The notes: generated by a model not told the origin, from the letters alone. A DNA stretch of 64,000 bases from Vicugna vicugna (GCA_013265495.1 MU058714.1:434001-498000), one strand, 5' to 3'. Shown: positions 12,901 through 26,759, counted from the first letter of the stretch. Numbers and translations: made by a program.

Positions 12901-13456
12901 AGAGGGCAGCCTCGGGGACAGGATCGCTCACAGAGCTTGGGCAGGGTTTGGGTTTTTTCCCCTTGGGATGCCTGCATTTTAGGGTGACATCAAACACTTC
13001 CTGCTCAGGCCTGATTTGGTGTTTAGTCACCACTTGAGGCCACACACTCCAACCAAAGTCACAGGATTCCACATCTCAAACCCTCAAACCCAAATCCAGC
13101 GGTATGACCCATAGCTGCACTGGGCCAGTGGCTGGGTCCAGTCCCCTAGCACGTCTCTGGCACCTGCAGCCATAGCTCTGGATTTCACAGACCAGACTCA
13201 TGTCATGTTCCCAAGGGCCCCAGTGAGGTAATGGGCTCTGGGCCGTGAGGGGCCAGCAGGCTGAGAGGGCCCCACACTCAGGCCTCCACCTGCTGCTTAT
13301 CTGCCCTGAGTCTCTCACTTGGACATGGCAGGTTGGGGGGGGCGTTAGGCTCACAGTAGCTCCTAGGTGCTGGAAGGGTGGGAGCGCTGGCAGTGCTTCT
13401 ATACAGTGTCCCCCTCGGGATGCCCCCCACCTGCCCTCGGAGGGCTCAAGTGGGCT

Positions 13457-13550
13457 TGACCACTTCCCAGCTGTGTGACCTTGAGCAAGTGGCATGAACT
13501 CCCTGGGCCTCAGTTTTAACCTCATTCTGTTAAATAGGGACAAAAATAAG
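13457..13550 (+). mobile_element. MIR SINE core
   Basis: agctgtgtgaccttgagcaagt...gcctcagtttt. Confidence 0.7.
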
Positions 13551-15071
13551 GCTTTGTGGGGATGAGGTGGTCAGGCACAGTCAGTGGCCAGGAGCTAGTC
13601 TCATCCCTTCTCTCCTTTCCCGTTTTCTTCTAGGTCTTCAATTCCTTCTTCTGGTCTAGCCTAAATCCCCCTTGCTTTGTCGTCTAGGTGTTTTTCTCTT
13701 TTTTGCCTCTGCCTCCCCACACCCCTGCTTCTTTTTATTTCATCTCAGGCCCTCGCCTTTTCACTATCAGTTTCATTTCTCTGCCCAAACATTTGGTGAA
13801 GCCCTGCTGAGTGTGCGCCAGGCCCCGGCCTGGCCAGCTCTCCCTGCAGCGCTGCCTGCCCGGCTTCTCAGGTCCTGCCCTCCTGCTGCCCAGGGGTTGG
13901 GACTGGGGGAGGGGGTGTGTGTGACGTCAGGAGGCGTTTATCCGCCCCTCCCCGCCTAACGCAAATTTCATCCTCATCCTCTCTGAATCAATTTACTTTT
14001 ATTGCCTCAGCTGCTCAAAAGCAATTTTTCAAGAACAAAAAGGTCAGCACGTCCAAGACTAATCAATTCTCTGAGAGCTCCTGCCGCCACCGCCAGGGGA
14101 GCCAGGGACCGGCGCCCCCGCCCTTCCTGCCAGCCCCCTCCCACCAGCCCCATCACTTTTATTGCTTCATGATGCCTGTCATTAGCGGTGTGTTTGAGAC
14201 GCCCCACAGTGTTCTTACAACATAAAACCTGGCCCACTCACTTTGTGGGGGGGTGGGGGAGGTGGCGGGTGCATTTATGGCCACTCGCCAGCCAGCCGGG
14301 ACAGTAACAGCTGAGCTGACGGATCGCCTTTAAGGAGAGCCAGGACAGGAAGCATCCAGCCACTTGTTCAAAAGCTCGGCTGCAGAGGACAGGCGGGAGG
14401 AGCAGGGCCCTGCAGGTCTGCCCTCAGGCGTGGTCCTCTGTCCCTCCAGCCCCCTACTACTGTGGCACCTGCCCACTGTCACCTAATCCAGGCCTTTCCT
14501 CCCAAGGACACCCTGGTCCCTACTGCAACCCTGTTCGGAGTACTCCTTCCTGAGCACCCCTCCTCCCACCCCCGCCACATCATACCAGGCCCTACGCCCT
14601 CCAACACTGTGAGGCCTACGCTGCTGTTCCAGAGGGGGAAACTGAGGCCCAGTGTCACAGACATAGGAAGGAGCAGATGCAGACTGGAAACACGCATGTG
14701 ACCTGCGTGGGGTTCCACACATGAGCCATGCCCCATGGAGAACACGTTTGCCGTTCCAGGCTTGCTCATCCCACCCCTCCCCGCAGGGTGTTCTGTCCCA
14801 CACTATCCTGACACCCGATGCTCACGGCAACAGCAGCTCAGATGCACCAAGGCTTTCGGGGGCAGACCCTACTGTCAGCACACTGCCTCAATGACCCCTC
14901 TATGCCCAGGACAACCCTACTATGCAGCATTCTTACGCTTATTTTTCAGATGAGGAAACTGGGGCAGAGGGAGACAAAATGTGCTCTAGCCCAGACAGCT
15001 GGAAACACAGGGGACTGGGTCCCCACTCTCTACTTTTTGCTCTTTAAGATATGACTGAGGATATGAAATAC

Positions 15072-15296
15072 TCAGAATGGCAAATCCGTGGATGCAGAAG
15101 GCAGACGGTGGCTGCCAGGCGCTGTGAGGAGCATGAGGAGACACCGCTTGATGGGCCTGGGCTTCCTGGGGCAACGAGAATGTTTAGGAACTAGACAGGG
15201 GTGACGGTCGCACAACACTGTGGATGTGCTAAGTGCCACTGAATTGTTCACTTTAAAATGGTTGGTTTTATGGCACGTGAATTTCACATCAATACA
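15072..15296 (+). mobile_element. L1 3' fragment (L1MB-like)
   Basis: ggcaaatccgtggatgcagaaggcagac...gccactgaattgttcactttaaaatggtt. Confidence 0.8.
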
Positions 15297-18254
15297 TTAT
15301 TATTTTTTCAAGGCTTAGATTTTTCTGCCACTTATTTGGCAAGAGCCTGGGTGACCTGCCAGCTCTGGGTGTCCTGAGGGAGGTATGACAACAGGATACT
15401 CACCTCTCCCAGGAAGCCTTCCCAGCTGACCTCACCTCCTCTGACAGCTCCTCCCAACTGCAGTGGCCTCTGTCCCCATCACATCTGGCTCTGCCCAGTG
15501 GCTCTACCCTGTGGCTCATGGCTCTGTCCACAGCACAAAGGGCAAGGTGCCCTGGCTCCCTGCCAGACAGGACCCAGACACATGCATTTCCAGCTTCCCT
15601 TGGGCCCCTGTGGGCCCCCTCATCCCCTGGCCCCACCCTGACTTGAGCCCACTCCCTCCTCCCTCACCCCCAGGTCTGAACTAAACACTCAGAGCCTTTG
15701 GTCCTTTCAGAAGGCTGGAAAGGTCATCTGGTAGAGCCCAAACCTGCTACTCAGAACCTGCTCCAGGCTTTCTTGCTCTGCACAATGACAGGGAGCTCAC
15801 GGCTCCCCCACAGGCTGACTCGACCTGAGAGTGCTTTCTTGGGTTGAATTGCCCGCCCCATCCCTGACGTGCGCCCCTCCCAGCCGTGAGCCCTGGCCTG
15901 GCCGCCCCGTCTCTGCTCTCCAAAGCTGTGTCCATCAAGAGCCCAGACTCAGAAGGCCCCCTGCTGGGCAGGGTCGCGGGCCATGTAGGAAGATGGCGTT
16001 GGGCTGGGTCTGTCTTCTGAAGTCCAAGTTTTGGGGACCCTCACCCAGGGTGACAAGGGGTCTCAGCAGAAACACAGCCTGAGACCCGTGAGCATCCACG
16101 GCATGTGGGCCCTGGAGTCACCCAGATGCTTGTTTAGCTCCTGCCACGAAACTGGAGGCTGACCAGCGACTTGCCTTGAGCAAGTGCTTCCCTCTTTCCA
16201 GTCAGATCCTGTGTGGAAGGCTGAGTAGGGTAAAGCTGGTGAGACACTCAGAAGAGGGCAAATTCCAATGTCTTTAAGCACATTTGTTTCTTTAACAAAA
16301 ATAATGACTCTGTTGTAGGCAGGGTGTCAAACACCAGCTCACCATGTCCCCATTTACCTGGGCCAGCCAGCCAAGGAAGAGTTAGGCTTGGAGATGCCAC
16401 TTTGCAGACGGAGACCCGGGGTGGGGGGCAGCATGGCAGGAGGCCCGCCTGATGTCCTCACCAAGTGACCGCTCCCAGCATCCACGCCGGCACCACACTG
16501 GCCCCGCCGATCTCCCCACCAGGGAGCCTGGCTTCCAGGTCTCGGAATTCAATCTGCTTCCCTGTTCTGGCTGCTGGGGCCCCTGCCAAGTCCTTCTGAA
16601 CGCGCAGCAACTGCCGAATGTTCTAAGAAATGCCTCTCAGGGTTTTCTCAGGAGCCCGGGTGAGGCAGGAAGTCCCCTGGGCTGAGGGGCAGTGGTCAGG
16701 TGGCACCCAGGGCTCTGGGCAGGGCCCTCTCCTGGGGGCCCAGGCTGGTGAACCAGAGGTAGGAGCGTGAGGCCCAGTCCAGGGCTCCTGCAGGTGGCCG
16801 TCACCCACACATGAACTGAGGGCCCTGCCAGCAGGCAAGGCACCCCACTTGCTCCCTTTCAGGCCTTGAGCCCTGGAGCCCAGGGCCGCAGAGCTGAGCC
16901 AGCCAGGGGCTGGGCCTGCCTCACTTTCCACGGCCGCCCAGGGCCAACCAAGCCTTCTCATCTGATTGCCTGTGTTCCTTTACGTTCCGATGAATCTGTA
17001 TCAGCTCTGCGCAGCTGAGTCCTACTGACTCAAGGAGGCAGGGAAAATTATAAACATATTCTATTCTTAATTTAAAAAAAATGGTGTTTTGACAAATAAG
17101 TACATATTTTCGAATCCAGCCAGTCCAGGTGTTGCTACTTGCAGATGATTTATGCAAGATAATTTCCTTTAGTTGCTCTAAGAAGATTTCCCTTGATTTT
17201 CTCACTGGCTGCCTCTGGGTCCCCCCTCTCTCCTCCTCTGCCCCCTAGTCCCTGCCCCCCATCCTTCATGCTTCTAAACTCAAGGGTCACACTGTCACCT
17301 GAACAGACCAATCACAATGGCATCATTATAGTTCCAAAGCTACCGAAAAAAAAAAAAAGGTGTGGGGAGAGGGGTCCAGGAATTCAGCCGCACCCAGGAG
17401 AGCTGCACAATCGGCTATTGTAGCGTCAGAAGTTTCCCGGTGATAAGAAGGGGGTTTAGAAACGCCGCTTTCTGAGCTGATTGCAACACAGAACAGAAAG
17501 TTCAAGGCTGAGAGATAGCGGAGGACAGCCAGCAAGCAGCCCCTCCGGGAGGCCCCCAGGGCCTCCGCCAGGCCGAGGACTGACAATCCCCTTGGCGACA
17601 GGGGGTGGGGACCAGCTCAATATCCCCCATGTCCTCCGCGGGTTCACTGGGGACCAGGACATGGGAGCCTGCTTCCTCTCAGAAGGTTCTGTCGAAATTC
17701 TCTGAAGCGGCTTTGGATCCTTGAGGGTCTGCTCAGTGCCAGGCACCTGCTTTATTTACCTGGATTACTCACTCACTCCTCACACCCACCCTGTGTGGAA
17801 GGGGGTAACTTCCTCCTCCTTGGACAGGCAGGGAAACTGAGGCAGGCAGATTGGGATGGAACGCAATAGGATCCCAACCAGGGCTGTGTGCTTCTGTTTT
17901 CCATCATGTTCCACTGCCTCCTATTTATCCCATAATAAGCCTGTCCCTTTTGGTGTCCAGTTTGTGGGGAGGACTAGCTGTGCCTTGAGTGTCCTCAGTC
18001 ATTTCCAGTTGTCCAGTGCATCTCTCCCTTGGGACATTGTCTGATGGAATCGGGGGGCCCAGGCCAGGGGAGTGGGGGCCATGTTACCTCCCTGCTCACT
18101 GCTCAGTGCTTGCTGGTGCGAGCTGCCCCTCCCCCACCGTGGGACCTGATTTTGGCCAGTCTTTCTTAGCGGTACCTGCTCTCGAGCTCTCATCTTCCCA
18201 TTGGCATTAGCAACCTAAAGAACGGAAGGCAAAAGTGGGAGGCACTGCAGTGAT

Positions 18255-18400
18255 CCAGCGCTGGTCACTAAGCAGCTGTGTGACCTCAGGCAGGTCGCTT
18301 AACCTCTCTGTGTCCTCAATTTCCTAATCTAGGAAATGGGGAGAATAACACGGCCACTGGGAGGAATAACTTAGAGTGCCTGGATGGTCCCTGTCACATG
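18255..18400 (+). mobile_element. MIR SINE
   Basis: agctgtgtgacctcaggcaggtcgcttaacctctctgtgtcctcaatttcctaatctaggaaatgggg. Confidence 0.75.
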
Positions 18401-18443
18401 TAGGGGCCCCCAAAGCATTCACTTCAGCTCAAGCCCCTCACTG

Positions 18444-19076
18444 TGTAGACTAACCACTGTGGCCCAGAAACTCAAGGCCGCTCCTTGTTCTGAACTGGCG
18501 TCCTTGCCATCAATTGGCTCTTGGCTCTTCTCCAGTGGGCACAAGCCATCCACTAGAAGTAGCACCTGGGGTCCCCAGACCACCGCCACAGGCATGGGGG
18601 ACCTCCACTGCAGGTGGAGCTGCTTGGGGGGCAGAGGGGACATTGCCAATCAAGCTTTGCGGCATCATCTGACTTGGGAGGCCAGAAGGGGAGCTCTCAC
18701 AGTCCAACACTCAGCATCAGCTGCAGACCCAACAGGAAGAGAGCACCTTGCATCTCCAACAAGAAGGTCACTACTTGTCCGCAGCAAAGAAAGGAAGAAT
18801 TTCTCTCTGCCTGGCAACAGCCCAGCCAATGAGAGACTGTCACAACTCAGCCAATGAAAAGCCACGACACATTCACCTCCTAGTTTCCTCCAATGAGCGC
18901 TTTGTTCATGACAGCTCCTCTCAGCCCCATTCTCCTCTATAAAAGAAGGTGCGTCTTTATTCTCTGGACTTGCCTGTAGTTTACCATAGGTTACTTGTAC
19001 CAAATTGCAATTCCTTTCCCAAGTAAACTCATTTTGCTGGTAAAGTAACTGGCTGTTTTATTGTTTTAGGTCAACA
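18444..19076 (+). mobile_element. Solo ERV (ERV1-like) LTR
   Basis: TG...CA ends with an imperfect terminal inverted repeat (TGTAGACTAA / TTAGGTCAACA); three CCAAT boxes, TATAAAA at 18938-18944, AGTAAA at 19022-19027; no clean TSD. Confidence 0.7.
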
Positions 19077-20084
19077 GTGGCCTCCCAAGTTTGGGACTCC
19101 AGTGCCCCTCCCCCAGCATGGTGGCCCCTGGCCAGCAGCCCTGTCACTCACCGTGTCTCTGAGCCCCTCCCCCAGGTTGGAGGCCTTGGCCCAGCTCCCC
19201 TGGCCCTTCCCAGGGGCATGAGACCTTCCTGGGGAGATGCTCCTCCTCTGACGATCCCTTCATCCTTCCATGCAGCTCCAGGGACCCCCATTCCCCTGCC
19301 ACCACCTCCCCCCAAGCCAAACCTCCAGGGTCACAGTGCTTTGACAGCCCTGTCCTGCAACTGAAAATAAGACCCATGAAAGACACAAATCCTATGAGAC
19401 TATGTGGGAGGCCCTTGCTCCCTGCCCAGCCCGGGGTCACATCCAGCAGATGCTCATCTACGCTACAGACGGGTTCTGCCTTCTGGGACCCTCAGTCCCT
19501 CAGCCAGAGAAGGGTGCATAGGGCCCCAGGGCACTGGTGCTGCCTTAGGATAGGAGACCCGAGTGTCACAGTGGTCCCTCCCTGACCAAGGGCACTGAGC
19601 ACAGGTTTGCAGCAACCCCCAGCTGTGGCCAGGCCCAGGTGGCCTTCCCATCTGGAGGACGCCTGTACTCTGCCCCTCTGTGTCCACACATCCCCGATTC
19701 CCTCTGGGCTGGCCCCAGTCAGGCCAAGTGACACAAGCATGTTCCACAAACTCCGTGTGCCTTGGTTTTGTCGTCTGTGAAATGGCCCAGGAACTGCCTG
19801 CCTGCCTGCAGGGTGCCGTGAGGACTGGACAAAGAGTGGGCAGAGAGCTGGGCCCACAGTGCAGTCCCCTGTCCCCTGGCCTTTGCCTGTCACACCTGCC
19901 GTGGAGCAGGCACTGAGCCCTTGGAGGGCAAGGCCCAGAGATGGCACTGTGGGTGACAGGGGGCTTGTGCACGGCAGCAGCACTGAGGACAAGGGACAAG
20001 CCTCTCGCCCTCTCCAGCAGCTGTGTACTCCGCGTGAGTGAGGCAGGCCGTAACGACGAGGCTGCCATCTGAGGGCTTCCAACA

Positions 20085-20260
20085 GGCCAGGCACGTGTGA
20101 CACGTTCTGTGTGTTACTTCGCGCTTACCATTGAATTCCCTAAACTAGTGTGAGAGGTGGGTACTGCTTTTGACGGCATGTGACCGGCAGCAGAACAAGG
20201 CTCAGAGAAGCTAAGTGATTTGCCCAAGGTCACACAGTGAGAGACACTGGATCAGAACCA
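20085..20260 (-). mobile_element. MIR SINE
   Basis: aggctcagagaagctaagtgatttgcccaaggtcacacag. Confidence 0.7.
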
Positions 20261-22959
20261 AAGGGCCCTCGGTGCACAGAGGATGCCAGGGAGCGGCGAG
20301 AATGTTCTCAGACTCCGCCCTGTGCACCCCTCGGTGACCTGCTGAGCCAGCCTCTGCATCTGGGATCTAATCTTATCGGCCCCCTCAGCACTTGCCACAG
20401 CCTCTTTTATGGTCTGTGTACTCTGACATGTGTCTGTATTGGCAGTGACGTGCCTTCTTCTTGACAATATTTGCTGAGCGCCAGGGAGGGGCCCTTGTTT
20501 ATTAATTTATTATTCAGCAAACACCGGGAGGCTGCTGCAGGCGGGGCTCCGTGCTGGGTGTAGGGGCCCTGGGGCCATGCCTCTGACACACTGCCTAGTG
20601 TGAGGGTCCCAGACGGCAGTCCCACGTGTGGTGGGTGTGGGGAAACCAGCTCTGGGAGGTAGAACCAGTGTCCAGTTGCTGGCACTCAAGTTCAGAGCCA
20701 TGTGATGTGTTGAAGTCTCACAGTGGATGCAGGAATGTGGGGTTCAAATACAGATGCAACCCCCCACCCATTCCTTGAGTCAAAGTCCGAATTAGGGGAG
20801 ACCCGCGTGGCCTCGGACTAGGCCCGGGCTGACAGCCGCCATGGAAGACGGCCTTGGAGCCCCAGAAACCCAGTCTGTCTCAGCATTGCTCTTCCTGGGG
20901 ACAAGGGCCCGAAGCTATAGGGAGCTATGGGGTCACAGGACGAGAGGACAGGCCGTGGCTGTTAGGGGCGTGTGGGGCCCAGCTGAGTGGAGGTGAGAGC
21001 AGCCCCACGCCCCCTGGCGTTGCTGGTCCCGCCTTGTTCCCCCAGAACGTGCTACAACCCAGGAGCCCTGCGTCGGTGGCCCCAGAGCTGGCGGAAGTCC
21101 GGGGCGGGCGGGGCAGGCCTGGCAGTGCTCACTGGGGCTGGTTCTTCTCTCACAAGCGATGTGAGGCCTCCGGCGGCCACATCAGCGCAGCGCTGTGGAA
21201 AGCCAGCAAGTTGGGTATCTGTCAAGTTCTAAGCTTGCGGGTGCTGGCAACCTCTGTGGTTGCCAGAATATACAAGCAGGGGTGTGGGTGAGAAGAAAAG
21301 AGCCCTGGGGGTCCTAGGTGTCGGAAGATCCCACCCAGGGCCTCCCCAGGGGAGGAGGGTGGGTACCTCCAAGCAGCCGCAGAGGTCAGACTGGGTTTGG
21401 GGGAGGGAGGGGCAGGGAGGGAAAACCAGGCTTCACTGGGGACAGTCCCCTTATAGGGCAGGGCTGGGGCGTCCACTCCGAGGCTCCAGGGGACCTTCAA
21501 ACAGATGGGGCCTCCCCCATTTCCCCGTGCATTTGGGAGGGGTCCAGGCACCCCTGGTTTTGGGTCCCCAGGTGATTCTCACGTAGGGTCAGGGCGAAGA
21601 CGCCGCAGAGCCGCGTGACCAGTGAGCATAACCACCCTTCGTGCGTTCTGACCCTGAACTGACCTCCTGGTACCTGGGGTGCGGCACCCCTTTAAGACAG
21701 GTGGGTGGGCCTCCGTTCCTGGGTGGCGAGCCCCGTGGGGTGGGGTGCAGGATGCAGACATCTTCCAGGTGACAAGCTGTGCCCTCCATCACAGCCCCCG
21801 CCTCACTCATCATTCCCTCTGGGCCTCTGTGTCATCAGCGGAGTTGTCAAGCTTCCTGCATGTTCTCTGTGTGATTTTTGTGATGACCATCTCTCAGGCT
21901 GGCCCACATCTCTTCCTTCCTGGCCCCTGACACAGCAGACCTGACCTGACAGTGAATTAGGAGGGAGGGCCCTGGGTGGGGGAACAAGGGAGCGGGGAAG
22001 GGGTGCAGAGTGTTGTGAAGAGTCCACCCTACAGGTTCCGAATCTGCCCGTGACTCCTCTCCGTGGATTCGAGCAAGCAGCTCTCCTGCCCCAGTCTGCT
22101 TCTCCCCTGAAAACACATCCTTTACCTGGACTAGGCGTTTGGTATACAACAAGCGTTCAATGCATGGTGACTGCTAATCTCCCTGAGGGGAACGCGCTAA
22201 GAGCCCCACTTACAGCTGAGGCGGTGAACTGGGGGACTGCGGCAGAGCCCAGAGCTCACTCTCCCCGACTCCCCGCTGCACCCCGGGTGGCACGGCCGGG
22301 GCTGGAGCTGACAGTGGGGTGAGAGGCATGGGCTCTGTTACTTAGAATTAACTCCCCACAGCCCTGCTCTTCCCCATTTCTGCCCCCTGAGACCCTCTGG
22401 GCTCCAAGTGGGCCTGCCCTCGCTTCCCTTTTTTTAAGGGACCGCCTTCCCTGCCTCAAGGGAAACTCTGAAGCTAGTAGCCCCTCCTTCCATCCCAGAG
22501 CTGCCCTTTGGGCCCAGGCTTCTGCCTCCTCCCTGACCTCAGGACCAAGGCCAGGGCTGCATCCAACTCTGGGTGTGTCTCTCTACCTCGAGGCAGGAGA
22601 CTCTGTATTTCTCACCAGCCCGCAGGGGATGGAACTCCCGGATGCAGCTCCTGGCCCCTGGAAGAGGTAGAGATTCTGACCTCTGGCTGGGGTCACACAC
22701 CAACCTCCTGCCCCACAGACAGAGGCCCAGAGAGGGGAGGCATCACGCCTGAGATCACACAGCATGTCCAGCCCACTCGTCCTGCCCCTCGTTCCCCGGG
22801 TGGGCATCAGGGAGAACCCAGAGAGAGCTTGGGCATCCCAGTGCAGAGTCAGGTAAACTGAGACTCAAGGTGCTTGCTGGACAATGCTCAGGGTGACCCC
22901 TCCCCTAGGGAAGGATGGTCCAAAGCTCTTGTCTGGAGACTGTCCAAGCACAGGGATAG

Positions 22960-23130
22960 GAGAATCAGAAAGATCTGGGCACCAGTCCTGACTCTGCAGT
23001 CTGCCAGCTGGGTGACCTTGGGCCAGTTACTCAACCTCTCTGTTTCTTCCTCTTAGAAACAGAGTAAACCCAGCACTGCCCCCATCTGGCTGCTGTAAGT
23101 ATTAAGTGCTGAGATGGATGGAAAGGCCTC
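22960..23130 (+). mobile_element. MIR SINE
   Basis: agctgggtgaccttgggccagttactcaacctctctg. Confidence 0.7.
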
Positions 23131-26100
23131 TGCAGGGTCAGTGTTCCAAATGCCCCCATCCTCGGTGTTCACTGGCTCACCTCAGGCCTGTCTAGTCCAC
23201 GGAGAGGTCCCATGACTCCCGGCCAAGGAGTAAGTTCTCCGTCATGGGGGTTATTCCGGATGACAGGATGTGTGTGGCTAGGAGGGTTGAGCCCCTGCCG
23301 GGAGCGGTACTAGATGAACTAAGCCCTACCCTCCTGGGCATCCCCGAGGAGGCCCCCCCAGCCAGGTGCCCCACCCCTCCCAGGGGCTTCCCCTGCAGAC
23401 AGTCCTGCGGGGAAAGCGGGGACTGGAGAGAGAGCTCTGTTTACCCCAAAGCACAGAACAAAGAGCTAGTGATGCCGCTGTTCGGGTCCCAGAAGCTGAG
23501 TAGCCTGTCCAGACGACAGGCCGTCCATCTGTCTGCCAAGGGCGTGGCCGGGGCCACGGAGGGCAGGGGCTGGGCTGCCGCGTGGCGGAGCCCAGGAGGG
23601 ACCTCAGCTGCGCTCAGGGCCCTACTTGTCCTTGTCCACGGCTGCCCCAGGCCCAGCTCCTCCTGCTCCAGCTGGACCAAGCCAGGGCAACGAAGGCCAC
23701 AAGGCACCATTAGCTCACGCCGGGGGGGGAGGGGGAGGCAATAAATCTTAATTTCAAGAGAAAATGGGCCCTGGGAGCCTGTGAATCCCATGACAAGAGA
23801 CCCACCAGGCAGACCGACACTGCCAAGCTGGCTGGTCATGGCTCGGGGCCACTCTGGATCGGGGATGAGGACTCTGCCCGATGCAAGAACTGTCATCTCT
23901 CAGCGGATAGGGCCTGGCCCTGCTGGGGGACATCAGGTCTGCATTACTGAGGGACCTCAGTGCTCCCCAGAGAAACCCAGGTACCCAGGGAGCTCTTTTG
24001 AGGCTGAGGAGCTGGAGGTGAACATGCTGGGATGGTGGGGGGTGGCCAGGTGCCCTAGCCTCAGGCTAGCACCTAGGGTGGTGCTTGGGAGGGGTGGGCC
24101 AGGGCAGGGGTGGGCAGGGGGCCTGGAAGGGCCCTGGAGCCAGGCACCCAGACATCATGTCCTGCCGTGGGCAGCTGTGGGGGTGGGTGGGAGGTTTCCT
24201 CTTCCTCTGAGGGCCCTCTCGGGGGTTCCCTGTGTGTTCTCTCCTGGCCCTTGGGTTTCACCAGGAGTGATTCCTTAGTAAGGCTGCCAGCTTACATGGT
24301 GCCCTTTTAATTAGATTCTCCCAAATTCCCTCTGTCACCAGGTTATTAATATTTATCTGGAGCACACCTGGTGTGATTAGATCAGTGGGCCTGGGAGGGT
24401 TGGAGGGGCCCCCCCTCCTGCTCCCTTCGCTCTTGCCCCTCTTCCCCACTCCCGTCCCAGTCCCCGCCCCGTGTCTCCTCCACTCCCCGCGCCCTCTCCC
24501 TCCGGAAGCCCCAGACACTGTCCTGTCCTGTGTGCCTCTGTCCCTTGGTGCCTTTCCTTGCCCCTAGTGTGTCCCCGAGGCGTGTGCCGGGCATAGGGCA
24601 GGACCCCCACTCGGAGAAAAGGCCCGCTGGGTGTGAAATCAAAAGAAGGAGCAACAATGCGCTTCTGCAGAAAGTGGGATGGATCTGAGTGACGCCAGCC
24701 CTCTTCCTGGGGAAATGGGAATTAGTGCTGAGGATTATTTCTGAGGACGCGGGGCCCCACTGTGACCACACGCGCCACTTTCTGACCAGGCCCTGGTGGG
24801 GCTGGAGGCTCGGAGATCCCAGCTCCCCAGGCCTCTTATGGGTGGGGCGGGGACGGGAGCGCCTACCGCCTCCCTTCCTCCCTCCCCGGAGACCAGTTCC
24901 TGGTGAGAAGCCCAGACTTTGCAGAGCGAGCCAGTACTGCTGGATCCCACAGCCGGGTCTGTGTCTGGGATTCATCAGGGCAGCTGAGAACGGGAGTGGG
25001 GAGGCCAAGCAGCCCGCCTCCAGCCTCCTGCAAAGCTCCTCGGGGTCCCAGGGCCTAGGGGGCAGGCCATGCCAAGCGAGTCCCGACCCAAACTTTGGAA
25101 CCTGCGTTCTGGAAAAGAAAGCCCCCGCGGGGAGCCCAGTCGTGCCGAGGCTTTGCCAGCCTCTCGGGTACCCGTTCTTGGCCGGGGCGAGAGCCGCAGG
25201 AGTCTGTCCTAGTCCCTGGGACGCTTTCTAGTGGGGTGAGACCAGATTCTGGGGGCCCAGAAGGCCATTCGCCAGCAGACCTCGGCATTCTGGGTCAGCT
25301 TCAGGCTCACGATGGGAGTGGGGGGTTGGTGCGGGGACCCAGGAGGCCAGGCTGGTTTGGTGACCCAGTAGCTGCATTTCAGACTCTGGGGGCCTCTCCC
25401 TCTTTTGGGGACCTGGGAACCTCTTTGAGGCGACTGCACTCTGGCCCAGTGGGTTGAGGGGAAGGGCAGTGGTCTTTTTTGGCAGGACTCAAATCTGCAG
25501 AATCCTTCAGCCACTGCATGGGGGAGGGGAGATGCTGCAGGCTGGGGAAGGGGAGGCGGAAGCTGCAGGGAGGCGGGTACCAACTCCCAGCTTTGCTGCG
25601 CTGTCCCGCCTGCCAGCTCCTGAAGAAACGCCTGTGGGGCAGCTCTGCACTGGTCGGAGTCCGGGTCCTGGGTCTCACCCTGGAAGAGCCTGCCTCCCAC
25701 CGTCAGCTGTGAGTGTGCATCCCGGGCACTGTGTGGAAGAGCTGAGCTCTTTGTCTCTCATCCCTGTTCGGCGGTAGCAGTCCACCTCCCCTGGAAATAC
25801 CCTCACCCCTTCATCCTCGTGCCTGGACACCTCCCACCCCCTCCTTGCCACTCTGCTCCAGGCTGCTGACTCCAAGCCCTAAAAGTTCATAGCTATTTAT
25901 CAGCCTGACTCAGGCGGTCATGCGGCCCAGTCGAGCAGTAAGACCAAGGCTGGCGGGGGGGAGGGGAGGGGGGTTGTTGGCAGGGGGCAGGGGGGAGCTG
26001 GGAAACTCCCGTCTAAATTAATCACTCATCAGAACCTGGGGATTTATCAGAAAATCCAAAGGATGCCCAGGCTTTGGAGAAAGGCAGTATGTGCTTGAAA

Positions 26101-26759
26101 ATAGAAATGCGCCTGCCATTTGGGGAGGCGGGTGGGATTCCCCCAGAGGGCTGAGGGTCCCATGACCTTTTTTTTCTAGTTTTCCGAAAGGAGCAGGAGG
26201 TGGGCAGAAAAGAGGGCAGGGCTCGGATACTGACACTGCCCTGGGGGACTGGCATCACAGGGCGATGCCGCCTGCCACCCCCCTCACAGTGTATACTCCT
26301 TGTCGGCTTTCCGTCTCAGCTGGCTGTTCTAGCACGCCTGGACTTCCTTTTACAGAAGGACACCGAGACCCTGTATCAGAAAGCGGGCTTCCCGTTGAGC
26401 TCATATGAAAAGCCAGAACTCCCGACTCACTCACACCTCCTGCACTCGAGCCCCTTGGACAGTGAGGACTCCTGTGAGGGACGGGCCTCTCCCACGAAGG
26501 ATGGGTCCACACCCAGAGCCCTGGAGGGTAGAGGGGATGGGACATCAAGAGGTTGGTGACTCAAGAGCGGCTCTCCTGATGCCCAGCCCCTTGGCAGCAC
26601 CTCCAGGGATTGTAAGCGCCTCTTCCCAGCTCCTCCCACCAGAGAAGTGGGGCACAGCTAGTTGGCACTTTCATCACTAAGTCATGAGCCCTGGATCACA
26701 TCTACTATCTTTCAGTCTTTATTTTGGACAAGGTCCCATCCTTTGTCCTTTGAGGTCTT

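Noticed and set aside
11330..12982. Several overlapping 220-250 aa ORFs on both strands
   Set aside because: Stop-codon scarcity in a CpG island opens many frames at once; no domain or splice structure.
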